Shown piece after piece: positions 24,341 through 37,200 of a DNA stretch of 64,000 nucleotides; the first letter of the stretch is position 1; each line of letters begins with the position of its first letter. The stretch spans positions 9,577,751-9,641,750 of the forward strand of contig OZ037773.1 of assembly GCA_964035545.1 (NCBI GenBank). The letters are read 5' to 3'. The stretch is from Bugula neritina. Taxonomy: Eukaryota > Animalia > Bryozoa. The notes beneath the pieces are model-generated. The model did no database searches and was not told the DNA's origin. It saw nothing but the letters and a program-made list of their open reading frames with translations. Position numbers and translations under genes: made by a program.

Positions 24341-27300
24341 CAAAACGCATATGCAACTTTAATGTAACCAGCAAAGTGTACCCATGCTTTTATGATGTGT
24401 TTCTAATTTTATGGAATAGCAGTTATATAAGAGAAGTTGAAAAACAATTATGTTAACAAAAAACGATCACTGCATGTGTTATAGTTGTTTGGTTGACCTG
24501 TTATGCAAGATCAAAACTTATGACTAGTGTTCAGAGAAAACTTTCTCAGTCTAAATCTGGCGTCTGAACTCTCAGTTACTGCAACTTCTTGACTTTAAAG
24601 TCATTGGTGTTGTCCATGACTCGACAGAATTGAAACTTCACAATAAATTTTACATTGTTGCTCAGAATTTTAGTTGTAAATAACTTCAATGAATGTGGTT
24701 AGCATTCAGTTGCTCTAGAGTCTAGATTATTATATTATTATATATAGTAGTGGAAATGGGAGTTTGGTATAAATTGACCTATTAAGATCTAGATAACATA
24801 TTTGTTATTTATTACCTTGTTTCTGCTTACTACTTACAAGTTGCAATGTGCCGGGTGCGTGGAAAAGAAAGCAATGAATTTCATAAAGCCCAGGTCTTAT
24901 CTAAAACTTAGATATAAATGAAATGGCTAAGTTGGCATTCGCTAGGGTTGATCAGCATTTTATTTTAAATCATTCATCCATTCAGTAAGTGTGTGTTTGA
25001 TGTTCATTGAGAATTGTGAGAATAGGGTTAGCCTGGTACATTGTATAGTGACCATTAATCAACTCCATCCTTATGTCTGTCACTTAATATGGAGGTGCGT
25101 ATTGCACAGGGCCATTTATCTTACGCCTCTGCATAACACCAGTAGAAGGTTGAAATTGGGAACAGTATTGTATAGTCAAAACAAGGTCTCTGCTAGTTTG
25201 ACTATTCCTTAAATAAATTGAAAGTTTATATAAATATGGCTTTCTCAAGCATATATTGTAACAATACATTGTAATTTAATTTGCATATTAATAGAGATTA
25301 ATACCAGATATTTTCACAGATAAGTTATGATTGTTTAACTCAAGACTGCCCATTTTTTGTCCAACAATGCTTGTATAAAATATTCTATTCTTTAGCCGTC
25401 AATTGAAAATTCGTTTTAGAAAGAAATGAGATAACTAAATCAACTCTGAGTATAAGTCATGCTGGTATGTTTGGGTGAAATATGATATCTGGGTTATCGC
25501 CCTTTAACTTAGAACACAAAACAGATGACCAGTTGAAAGGTGTTGGTAGATTAGGTGATGAATCTAGCTTAAAATATTTAGCAGAAACATTATCTTTGCC
25601 AAACAACAGTTTCACTTAATTTGTAAAAAGAAGATTCTAGATAGAAAAATAGTGACTTAGCTTCTGTGTCATGCTTATATATTAGGTATCTCATACATAT
25701 GATATTTCAGATTATAGAGGTTAAAAATTAGATCCTTGAGTTTGAAGTTACAGCCTAAAAAATTAATTGTTAATTAACAATGATAAAAACAAACATAACT
25801 CTTGTTTTTATAAGATTAAACTATCTCTTCTATGCTCATAAAAGCCAAACCTCTAGAATAAAGTTATGGCTGAGCTTATATAATTCACACAGTCTTGTCT
25901 ACCTGAAATATTTATTGCTACCTTTGATGTTACTCTGTCAACTACCAGCAGATATACTCTTTGGTTAGCAATGTGTGGGTGTTTCATAACAGAGCCGAGG
26001 CAACTTTGTAGCTCCGTAAAACTAGGTAAATGTTTTGGTTTAGAGTTCAACAAATGGCAGCTGATTAAAGACCAAGAATATTACCAACTTCTAAGATGCC
26101 AAACCTGCACTTCACATCAACTGTCAATAAGTGTCCACCCATGAAAGTCTCAATTAGGTCAACCTGTCTGTAAACTAAATATTAGTTTATCCTCCTTCAT
26201 GTCCAGTTGTGTACTGATCCAATCAATTTATTATAATTTAAATTATCACAAAGAATGTAACATGAAATGAAAATGAGAGCAACAACTTTAAAATGTAATT
26301 AGGCTAAATTAATTTCTTGCTTTGTACTGTATGCAAACTCCTTTTGTGTCAAATGAATGATAATGCTTTGTTGATACTTTAAAACTTCCAGATAAATTTA
26401 TTTTTGAAGTTGTATAGTGTGAGTTATGCATAGAACTTTTATACTGCGCAAATGTTATGATACGTTGTAAAACCAAATTATAGCCGGTTTGAAATTTCCT
26501 GAGAGAAAACATTAACAAACTATACCAGCTTATTCCAGAAATAAACTGACAGAATTGTCACTTTGGCAGAGCTGGAGGTCACTTACTCTTATTTTAAGTC
26601 ATGTCATAATTCTACAGGCTTTTAGACACTTTAATTAATCAGAGGTTGACAAGGAAAACCTTTGAAGTTAGGAGTTTGGAGATGACCAATAGACAGGATT
26701 CATCTGTTAAGAAGTATAACATTCCTTCAGTACCTTCTATATGTTATAGCAATTTTTCTGTGAATTATTTTGAAAGCTCATCAAATTGAAAATTATTTTG
26801 AGAAGTTTATTTTAAGTTGCATGTTAGTCAATGACTTCAATGCTCCCAAAATACTATTTTATACCAGTAGGCTTGCTTGCTTGGTCATATTGCATAACTG
26901 CTTTTATATCAAGCTGCATATGTCTTTGAAATCAGCAGGAACCAATTTCGACTGGTTAAGGTGTCTCTATTCAATGAAAATAGTTGTGGTTTCGATAAAG
27001 TATTCCATAATCGTGATAAGCATAAGAAGTCAAAAAATATATTTCAGGCGCAAGGCAAATTCCAATACTTAAGTTCAGTAGAAATTGCAAACACACTGTT
27101 TCTATGGCAACCAATTGAAATGCTCATTAGTTATATCTTAATCAGTCTCAGTCTTTGCTACCCACACAACTATGCCACGTATGGTAATTCTTTCTCATAA
27201 CTTTATGATAGGTTCTGGTTCTTCTCTCAGGCTGGGTAACCTTTGACCAATGCTATGCTAATAACCGATAAAGTGGCTTAAGGCTCAGCGTGTGGTTACA

Positions 27301-29111
27301 AATTAGAAATATGCTAATGAAGCTTTACCTTTGGTTATATAAGGAAGTTTGTTTCGCAGTTTAATAAATTTAAACTGATTGTACGTTGTCCTTAACTAGG
27401 TTAACGTCAGCTTACAAACATTTCCAACCATTTTAAAGTCACACAGACTTTTTAATTGTCGAATAGTTTTCCTCTAAAGTTTTCACAGAACAAAGCAGCA
27501 TAGTGTTATATAGCCGATGCTTTAAGTCTGCTGAGCTGTACATCTTTTTTGAACATGTTTTCGGACGGCCAAAGGTCTTTAAAATTAAACTATTGCAGTA
27601 GAATATTATAGTCAGTAGTACACTATATAAAGTACTGTTATAGCAAAAAGTTTTTGAATTTCTCTTCTCCAGCTTGTATAGGAAATATGCAGAGTGGGTA
27701 CATGTTTATGGATCATCAAGTAAGTAAGTGTAAATGAGGTTTTCTCAGCAGCTAAATGTAAATCCATACTGAACAACCACCATTCCAACTCCTAACTATT
27801 CAAACTCAATCAGTGATCAGGCAACATAAAACGATCTTTAAAGTAGATAGTGTTATAACCATTAAATATAATCTAAACCTATATCAAAATGATCAACATA
27901 AACTTCATGCTGTCAAGTTAAGTACTTTGGTTCATGGAAAAATTAACATAAAAGTTATAATAACATCATAAAGTTGTACTGAAATAGTAAAGCAAAAGGT
28001 AAAGGTAAAAAGTAGTCATAAACTCAGGTAAATTTAGATACCTGACTCAATAACTTGGTATTGACTATGGCGGTACCCTGACTATATACCACACTTTATA
28101 TTATATATTATACTTTGTTATAGGGTTGTATGTTCATATTATACTGTAGAGTGTATAGCCTCTACCTTCAGAGATAGCTTGTAGGTGGTTAGAAACATGC
28201 AGTAAACTGCTATAACATATCGTAAACTGATGTACCAAATACAAAAATATAAACAGACTTAAGAGAGCACACTTACATGTATGCCCTTGTACTATAGAAC
28301 ACAATATAAAGTGTTGAAGTTGATTTTATAAGCTATACAATTTAAACACACTACTACATTACAGAATAATTACATATTTTTGATAAGAGATGAGTTACAT
28401 ATTGTATTAAACCCTACAGAATTGAATAATCATAGTTAATAAATGACGTTATCAACAAAGGAAATTATAACTTTATGTAACTGATAACAATCAATGAGGC
28501 AGAAAATCTTATTATTCTAATGACAAGCAATAACAAATGAGTATTTATTGTAAGCTGCGGTATTTTAAGTTGAATATTTGTGACCTGAATGAATCCACCC
28601 ATGATAGACTAAGAATTAAGGAAACAAATTTGGTGTATTTATACCTTTGACCTTCCAAGCGTTTTTTCCTTTACTGAATAAATTAGAATAAGCAGGTTAC
28701 ATATACACATGGCTTAACCAACAACATAAACACACAATTGCTGATGTTTACAAAGCACAACTATAGTGAAACTTTGTCATTTTTCTTTTTAAATATAAAT
28801 GTAAGGTTAGCTTGTAATTATCGTTAGATGGAGGAGATGAACCACTGAAATGTCTTATGCCTCATTAGCTTTTTTGGATAACTGAGAGGTAACATTATAT
28901 ATGCTTCAATGTAGCTGTTGGAGTGATCCAAGCTTTCTAAAATATAGCTGTGACATATTCTCTCCCAGCTAGTGATCTTCTACCATCATATGAGCACACT
29001 TGAAGTTGTAGCTTCAACTCAGAGCCACATCAAACAGAAGTCATGTGGCAGTGAATTCATTTCACTCTCACTTGTTCACGCAATCAGTACGTCATCTCTT
29101 TTGTAGAAGAA

Positions 29112-32100
29112 ATGACAGACTCAATCAGCGAAGGAATCGTCACACCACAAGGAACTTCCACAGACTATGACTGTCTGATAAAGTTTCTCACACTTGGTAA
29201 GTTATATTCATTTAGCTCACTTAGGCAATCAGCAGCAGTTTTACTAGTTTCTAGTCAGCAAAACTCTAAAGAATCTAAGAGAGTGGTAAAAGAAGAAACT
29301 GTATTTCATTACTTAACTAGTTTAAAGGGTCTAGGCAGTTCTGTTGCAGTTCCAAGTTCCAAAAAGTGAACTTTAGCTAGATAGTTTGTAGGAACTGATG
29401 CTAAATTGTAGATTGGTTCAGATATCTGTTTAACAACATGTAAGCTATTGGAAGATAGTATATAACTGTTAGATTCACCAATTGATATAAAATAACTAGA
29501 GCTAGCTTGAGTTATATATCACCTATTGTGTACCTTTACCATACAGTGTGTTGATGTTTATACATTTAAACACAAATAACTATAGTACTATTAAAAATAT
29601 GTATTTTACTTTCTCAAAACAGTTACTATAGATTTAATATCAATAAACAAATGTTTCTGAGTTTTTATTGCTGCGGTAGTGTTATGTTTTTAGTCAATCT
29701 AACTTTTTACCTTGTGGATATGTTGCTACAGAGACAGTAATTTCAAGCATACCTCAATCAACCTTTTAATTAAAACATAATCTGAGTTATTTCAAAATGG
29801 TCTAAAATGCCATATAATCTAAATATAGTTCTTGTCGCTTGGCTGGCACTTGGTAAAGCAATAAATTTGCATGAATATTATGATTTACGTATGATTTTAT
29901 TATGTAAACAAATGTTGCACTTTTCAAAGCCCTTGGGGCAAAAACTCCACATAGGTTCCAAGTTTACTCTTCGAAGGGGAGTACACACGTTTCGTATTTT
30001 TGTTTGTAGGTGACTCAGGTGTTGGCAAAACCAGCTTCCTCTGCAGATATACAGACAATATGTTTTACCCGACTTTTATATCTACGGTTGGAATAGACTT
30101 CAGAGAAAAGAGAGTGGTAAGTTCGTGAGATATTGGATAGTTTTGGTGATTCATTTAATATAAATAATTGCTCTTGATTGCAGACTCAAAGCTCTATAAT
30201 GAGAACAGACGTTTTACAATAATTTTCTATCTGCATGCTAGTTTTAGCATAAGTTAGTAGCTTTCTGTTTAACTACAGACCCTTAGTTTGCTTTTCTTCT
30301 CACCAAGTATATAAGTAAGGGACTTGCTAGTAGCTGTACAAAGGTATCACTTCAATAACCTGTACACCTGAATTCCAATGATACTTACTAGATGAATATT
30401 CTAAAAGCTGCTGGTATTGCTATATATACGGCTTAGCTGCTTGGTAAACAGTTGTGAAATTGTTTATACTGTAATCTTTTACTAAATGAGAAAAATAATG
30501 ACTAACATAAGAAATATCTGCAGCTGAAAAAATAACATAAGTTTTCCTATACAACAGCTCAAAATAGTTTTGTGAAATTTGTGCTAAGTGCATGAGTAAG
30601 TTTTCAACCTACAGTTATTTCTCCAAAATATATAGATACTGCAGAAAAAGCTACCATATGTTAGACTAGTATTTTTAACTGCTATAAATGTCTGCAGATA
30701 GTATAAAATAATTCATTGGTAGATTTGCATTTAATAATAATAAACTTATTGTTTAATTTATTAATATTAATATTGTTGAAGGGGGGGGGGATAGGCATTA
30801 GTCTATTGTATGCTACAGACATTTGTCAGATTGACTTTATACTTTATTATTGATATCAGTAAATTTTTAAATAATAAACAAAATGGTTAAAAACTGTACT
30901 AATTCAATGATTAAGAAGCAATAACCTAAAGGGTAGGTGATACATTTTACGAACTGCTTGTTGTAGGTGCACAAGCCTACCGGGGATGATGGGAAATCTA
31001 CTGGACAGTCACACAGAATTCATCTACAGTTATGGGACACAGCTGGACAAGAGAGGTAACTCCTTACTCTAAATGAAAATATTTTCACAGTACAGAATTT
31101 GTGAATTACCAGCTAAGAATTTGGTCGCTGGTTGAAAATGTACAGCATCTATATAAAATATTTCATTTATCAACATGCAGCTATTTAGTTGATATTAGAA
31201 GATTCTACATGATAAATGAAAAGTTGTGTTCACTTTCTGGCAGCATCATTTTATCAAGATTAGCAAATGAGCTTCTTTAGGGCTAAAATATCCACGATCA
31301 ATCCTTGAATTCAAGTTTAAGCGTTTTTTGTGACTCATTGATTATATTATTCTGCAGTTTTTTACTCCTCATACTTAAAACCCATAGCAAAAGTCCACAG
31401 TAGTTATAGTTACTGTTGTTATAACATCAGGGTTATATTTACACAAAGTCAAACAGTGTAACTGTCATCCTATTGCCAGGATTAACTAGATATATTAGCT
31501 GCATGCTCTAGGGATCAAGTCCTGTTTGTTTAGAACAGACCCTGTTTAATTGACATTTGGCCCAAGTCATGGAGATAAATCAATGGGTATCTCCAACACT
31601 CCGTACGTTATAACTGACTCTTCAGATGAGTTATTCATCACCGGCTGTCATGTTGTTACAGTCTACTGCGTGTCCCAGATAATCTCTCAAGCTTGCATCA
31701 TGGGCTACCCGCACAAAACTAGTAGATTTAGTCATTTAACTTTTTATAGTACTAGTAAGTTTATATAGACCTGTTGTTCTTCAACCTGATTTTTCAATTT
31801 TTTCTAAAAATAAAAGCATCAATTAGGTGCTGTTTTAATTTGAAGACAAATTGTAGGATTTTATCATAACTTGTGCAATTGCAACAATTAGTCTGTTAGC
31901 ATAAAATGATTTTTAAAATGGGATGAATTCTAAAAAAATAATATATCAAATCTAATTATTGACACTGTTATAATATACAAAACTTTGTTGAAAAAAGATA
32001 TACATATTTGTGTTTCAAGAGCAGTTTGAAGCAAGTTAAAAGTTTGAAAAAAAATCACTTTTCAAAAATGATATAGAATTTCAAATGGATACGTGATATA

Positions 32101-33623
32101 AAGTATGGATAGCCTCATGTCTACCACCATCAGTTTTAAAATTAAATTATGCCTTAATTAGAAATAGCAAAAATGTCCTACTCATAAAAGTCATGCCATA
32201 TATATGATCTTGTGCAGTTTTAATTCAATGTATTCGTTGAGTTTCTTTAGCTTCACAAATCATGATACATTTCCAGCTAACTGCTGTATACCAAGTAAAA
32301 TTATGATTTTACCCGACAAATCATTTCAGTTTGTTACCACTTTTTGCCATTATAACTCCTGACCACCAGTACCAGCCCTTCTCAAGTCATGGTGAATCAA
32401 CAACCCACTTATTTCAATCTCCTAATTACAAACTGATTCACTAAATTACATGTATTTGTGATTCAGGTTTAGAAGTCTGACTACTGCCTTCTTCAGAGAT
32501 GCCATGGGATTCATCTTAATGTTTGACCTGACATGTGAACAGTCGTTTGTCAACGTACGGAACTGGCTTGTGCAGCTGCAAACTCATGCCTACTGTGACA
32601 AGCCAGATGTGGTGCTGTGTGGTAACAAGGCAGACAAGGAGAGAGAAAGAGTGGTGGATGAGTCCCGGGCACAGAAACTTGCCAAAGAGTTCAAGTGAGT
32701 GGCTGCTATGTAAATAGAATAGACTGAGAAAAAACTACAATAAGGATATTTTTTTATAAGATGTTTGCATAATATTCTACCTGCGATTGTCACTATTTAT
32801 AATGTTGCTATATATGAAGGTACAACACAACTATTTTTATAATAATGCTACGATTAAAATCAAAAGCTGTTGACTGTAATAATCAGCTCATATCTTTATA
32901 ATTTAGGATCCTTTGATATGCCACCAGTTAATTTTTTTTATAATTCTACAGTCACGAAACCACAAAACTCATGGCTGTTATGACATTATAGTTTATATTA
33001 TTTTGGTTTCAAAACTGAAGGTATAAATTGTTGTTTTCATTGGAGTAAAATAGTTTGATGGTTTTGATGAAAATGTGGGAATCTAATATATTCACATCAA
33101 TAACTGTTAAGGGTAACACATGTAGTTTAGAAATGGTAAATTAGGAAGTCATTGTAGTAGCAGTATTCCTGCAGTTTTCTCATTAGCTCCTAAGAAGACA
33201 ACTGCTAAAATAAAAATCGTAAATTCTCTTGATATTTTAAACTGTGATTAAAAGAATTTCTGTTTGTTGAACTAATTTTGATAAGTTTAGCAGCCTATAA
33301 TATAGTTTCATAGTCTTGAATACATTACTAATTGAGCAACATTTACCTGCACCCACGTAATCTACCTGCATAATCTACCTACGTAACCTATAACCTGTAT
33401 CATGTACCTGCATCATTTTTGTAGCATGAAATACTTTGAAACTAGCGCTGCAACTGGACATAATGTGAGCAAGGCTATAGAAACTTTATTAGATCTTGTG
33501 TTGGAGAGGATGGAAAACAGCATCGAACACCAAATGTTGCATAATAACAACGTAGCCAAGGTAACTTTGAACGCACACAAGGCTATCAGCAGTGACACTA
33601 ACAAAAAGACATGTGCTTGCTAG
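29112..33623 (+). CDS. Rab27: Ras-related protein Rab-27 (235 aa, 5 coding exons)
   Basis: Exons 29112-29196, 30010-30116, 30967-31055, 32467-32694, 33425-33623. Motifs [70 protein letters not shown] and a C-terminal CxC prenylation motif. Confidence 0.96.
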
Positions 33624-34276
33624 TGGCTAAAATGCTAACATTCTATAAAGTGCTCTGTAACCATAGCAACAACAAACCATGTATAAATCTCTACATGACC
33701 AAGGGAAAGCAACTCTAAACATTGTAAATAGTTCTCAGTTCAAGTGCAATAATCACCTGTAGTTTTCTGCTAAGTTAAGTTTAAAGATAGTGTAGAAAAT
33801 CACAAAATAGTTTTATTAGTCTCATTTATTTTTGATCATTATATTGAAGCCATTTTTGCATATTTTAATTGAAGCTGTATGTTTTTTGTGCAACTGGTTG
33901 AAGTAGTATTAGTCAAATTTTATATCAAAAAATTTATGATATTTTTACTTTTATATCCAGGGTTACTGAGTTATGAATTTATTATCACGCCGGCTGTCTC
34001 AATGCAATAAGTCAGTATGTTTAAATACGTTTATTCTTTGATTTCTTTATTACTACAATGATGTCAGACGTCTTGCATGACACTAATATGTTATAAAGTT
34101 AATCATTAAAATACAGAGCTAGTTGAAAAACAGCGAGTCCATTAATTAACTTCTAAGCAATCATGAACATAAATCAATGTAATTATAATCTCGCTATCAG
34201 ATGGATACGAGTTAATGTGTCCACATAATGCCAATGTTACTGACTGCTGGTGCCGGTATTGCTGATGCACACCAAC

Positions 34277-37200
34277 TCAGAATCCGGAGGGAGAGTGTCG
34301 ATCAGCATTCGGCCCGAATATCTCTTTACTGATGGACACGACTTTCTTCACTTCCTGTTTGGAACTGGTCGGGCGCGAACTGACCTCCGCAGCAGGATTT
34401 TCTGAAGACTTGGAACTTTGGGAAGGCTGAGTGATGGGTGGTAATGTAGGTGACTTAGGGGCAGCAGACAGAGCAGGTATGCTGGCAGCACTGGCGGGTT
34501 TCACCTGAAAATGAGACAGCATTTGCATACTTTCTTAACAGCTTGGGTTTTATATAAAGTTCCCACATGATCTCAGCAACATCTAAGAACTTAGGCTATA
34601 AAGAAGTGAAGGCAAATACTACAGAAATGGTGACTGAGTACTGATTCACCACCATTAAGGGTGTGACCCCGTCATGTGATACAGGGATATTATACTAGGA
34701 AACTGCACAGCAAACTAGTCAAATAACTGAAACTGGTTTAGGAGGTGGATGTGACTGGATACACCTGATTGACAGGTGACAGTAAGTTGGTAAATAAATA
34801 TATTGAGTTAATGTGAAAATTTAGTTTGTAAAAGTGCATCCAGGGTTTCACAGTGTGTTTAGTAATTAGAAAAAAAATAAGTAGATTTTTGTAAAAATTT
34901 AAAATGACTGAAATACGAATTAAACTGCTTATAACTTGTTATCCCCCTTGGCTAATCATTTAGGAAATACTGCTGAAGGTCGAACCTTAATGATTGTATG
35001 CCTTCTAAACATTGGACCACCACCAGTGCCACCTGATTTACTCACAGTAGCTGGCAGCTGATTGGATGTCCCGTTCTGATTGGTTTTAGTAGCTGATAGC
35101 TGATTGGATGGCCCACTTTGGCTGCTCAAAGTAGCTGCTAGCTGATTGGATATTCCACTTGTAGTGATTTTATTAACAGACCTTCTATTAAATGTTTCAC
35201 TGATACTACTGATAGCTGTCGAAAGTTTCTCAGATGATCCACTTCGGCCATTTCTGTCAACTGGCAGCTGATTAAACGTTACTTTGCTTCTATTTTTGGG
35301 AGCTGAAAGTTGATTGGGTGTTTCACTCTTACTAGTTCTAGTAACTGCAAGTTGATTGGACTTCGTGTTGGTTATAGTATTTGGCTTTGCTTGTTGCCTG
35401 GCAGACAGGAGTCTTGTAGGAGTAATCTACACAACATTTAACAACAGAACAAGTTATGATTTGTCATATCAGCTTCATTTCCATCATAATTATTTTTAAA
35501 AAATAAGAAAACATAATAATTTAAGTCAAAACAACATTTTGTGAGTGGATTAGGAGATGAAATAAAACAGACAGATAGAAACCTTTGGGAAGATAACTAG
35601 ACACAGTTTGACTGACTCACCAGCCTATCCGGACTCTCCAGGGGACCCCCTTTCTCCACCACCACAGTAGTTGGGTACAGAGTGACACCAGAGGGGTGAT
35701 GGTAGGGGATGGTGTCCTCCAACGCATTTGGTAACTTCAACTTACGGACACATCTCTCTGATGATTTCCACTCTCCAAGAATCTATTTAACAAAGTATAC
35801 TGCATAGGAATATCTACAGAAATTATACCAGAGGTGAAATCTACAGATACTATACCCAAAGTGAAACCTATAGAAAATAAATTAGCGCACAATTTACAAA
35901 AGTTAAACAATAAGTGAAAGAAGTAAGCAGAACAGGAGCCTTACTGACAACACGCTACAACTGTATTTGGTTGCAAATATAAAACCATAAAATATTGCTA
36001 AAAGTCACCAGGTGACCTGTAGGGACCCCAGGTGAGACCATAGTGACCCCAGGTGACCTGCAGTGACCCTAGGTCTTAAAGTGTGTACCGACCTGCAGCG
36101 ACCCCAGGTCTGAAGGGTTGACAACTTCTTCGGTGTGAATCTGTGCCGTAGAAAGAGGCTGAGGAGACACTGGAGTTGCCTCCTCTAAAGGCAGTTTATA
36201 CTTGAGTGGTCTCATGCACATCTCCCCAGTCTTGCTCTCTCCTAGTACCTGCAGGAGTTTAATATTCATAACTTGCATAGACAATCATATGATGAAACAA
36301 GAGCTTTTCATGTCTCTTGCAGCAGGTAAAGTGGAATTATCTTCCCTGTGAGCACCAACAACCTAACTATGAGACATAAACAACTGCAATGATGTCTAGC
36401 TGAACTTTATACTATGTCTAGCTTTATCAGAATGCAAGAGAAGAGATAATGGAGCTGGTTAAGGTTTTCCTCAACAGATTTCAAACCCTGATGGGTCAGA
36501 AAACATTATAACTATTATTGACCATTATGTATAGTTGTTCTATCATGATTAGCGTTAATACCGCATTGTACTGAGCTAGCACAGAACTGGTCCACAACTA
36601 GGCAAAGGTCAAAGGTGAATCATCGAAAGTTATTGGCATTTCAAATTCCAAATTATTTTCCTATTTCCACAAATCAGACAGAGAATAACAATGCAGTGAT
36701 GAGTCATAGTAGTGACAGGAAGTAACCTCTATTGGCGGCACCGCGGTGGCTGTATCTGAGCCAATCACGGAGCCAAAATTCTCTCCCTCATAAATGAGCA
36801 TCCCGGGCTTCTCGTTGATCATTGCGATGTGACACACTTCCAAGGCTTCGTGTGATTGGATAGTAGCTACAGAGAGTTGCTCAGCCTGGGCCTTGACCTC
36901 GGCCTTGACCTCGGCCATCTGCAACAGAACCCAAAACTTAGTTAAAAGTGAAGCAAACTTTCAACTCAAAACGTAAACGTAGAATACAACAGTTTGACCT
37001 CAACGGGCCTCTGAAGGTCAAAGTATAAATGGCAACTGAGTTTTACTATGAATAAAACTGCGAGAAACATATTCAACAATCTTACTATAAAAACAGACTA
37101 CATTATAAACTAAATCTCTTTACCCCCTAAAGGAGGCAAGGGACAAACTCCCACACTTCGCTACATGATTATGTATAGAACTGTGGCTAGTTTAACTTAA

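Noticed and set aside
24400-27600. Short ORFs and a faint hAT-like SEKTFS segment
   Set aside because: No sustained protein similarity or consistent exon chain recognisable by eye.
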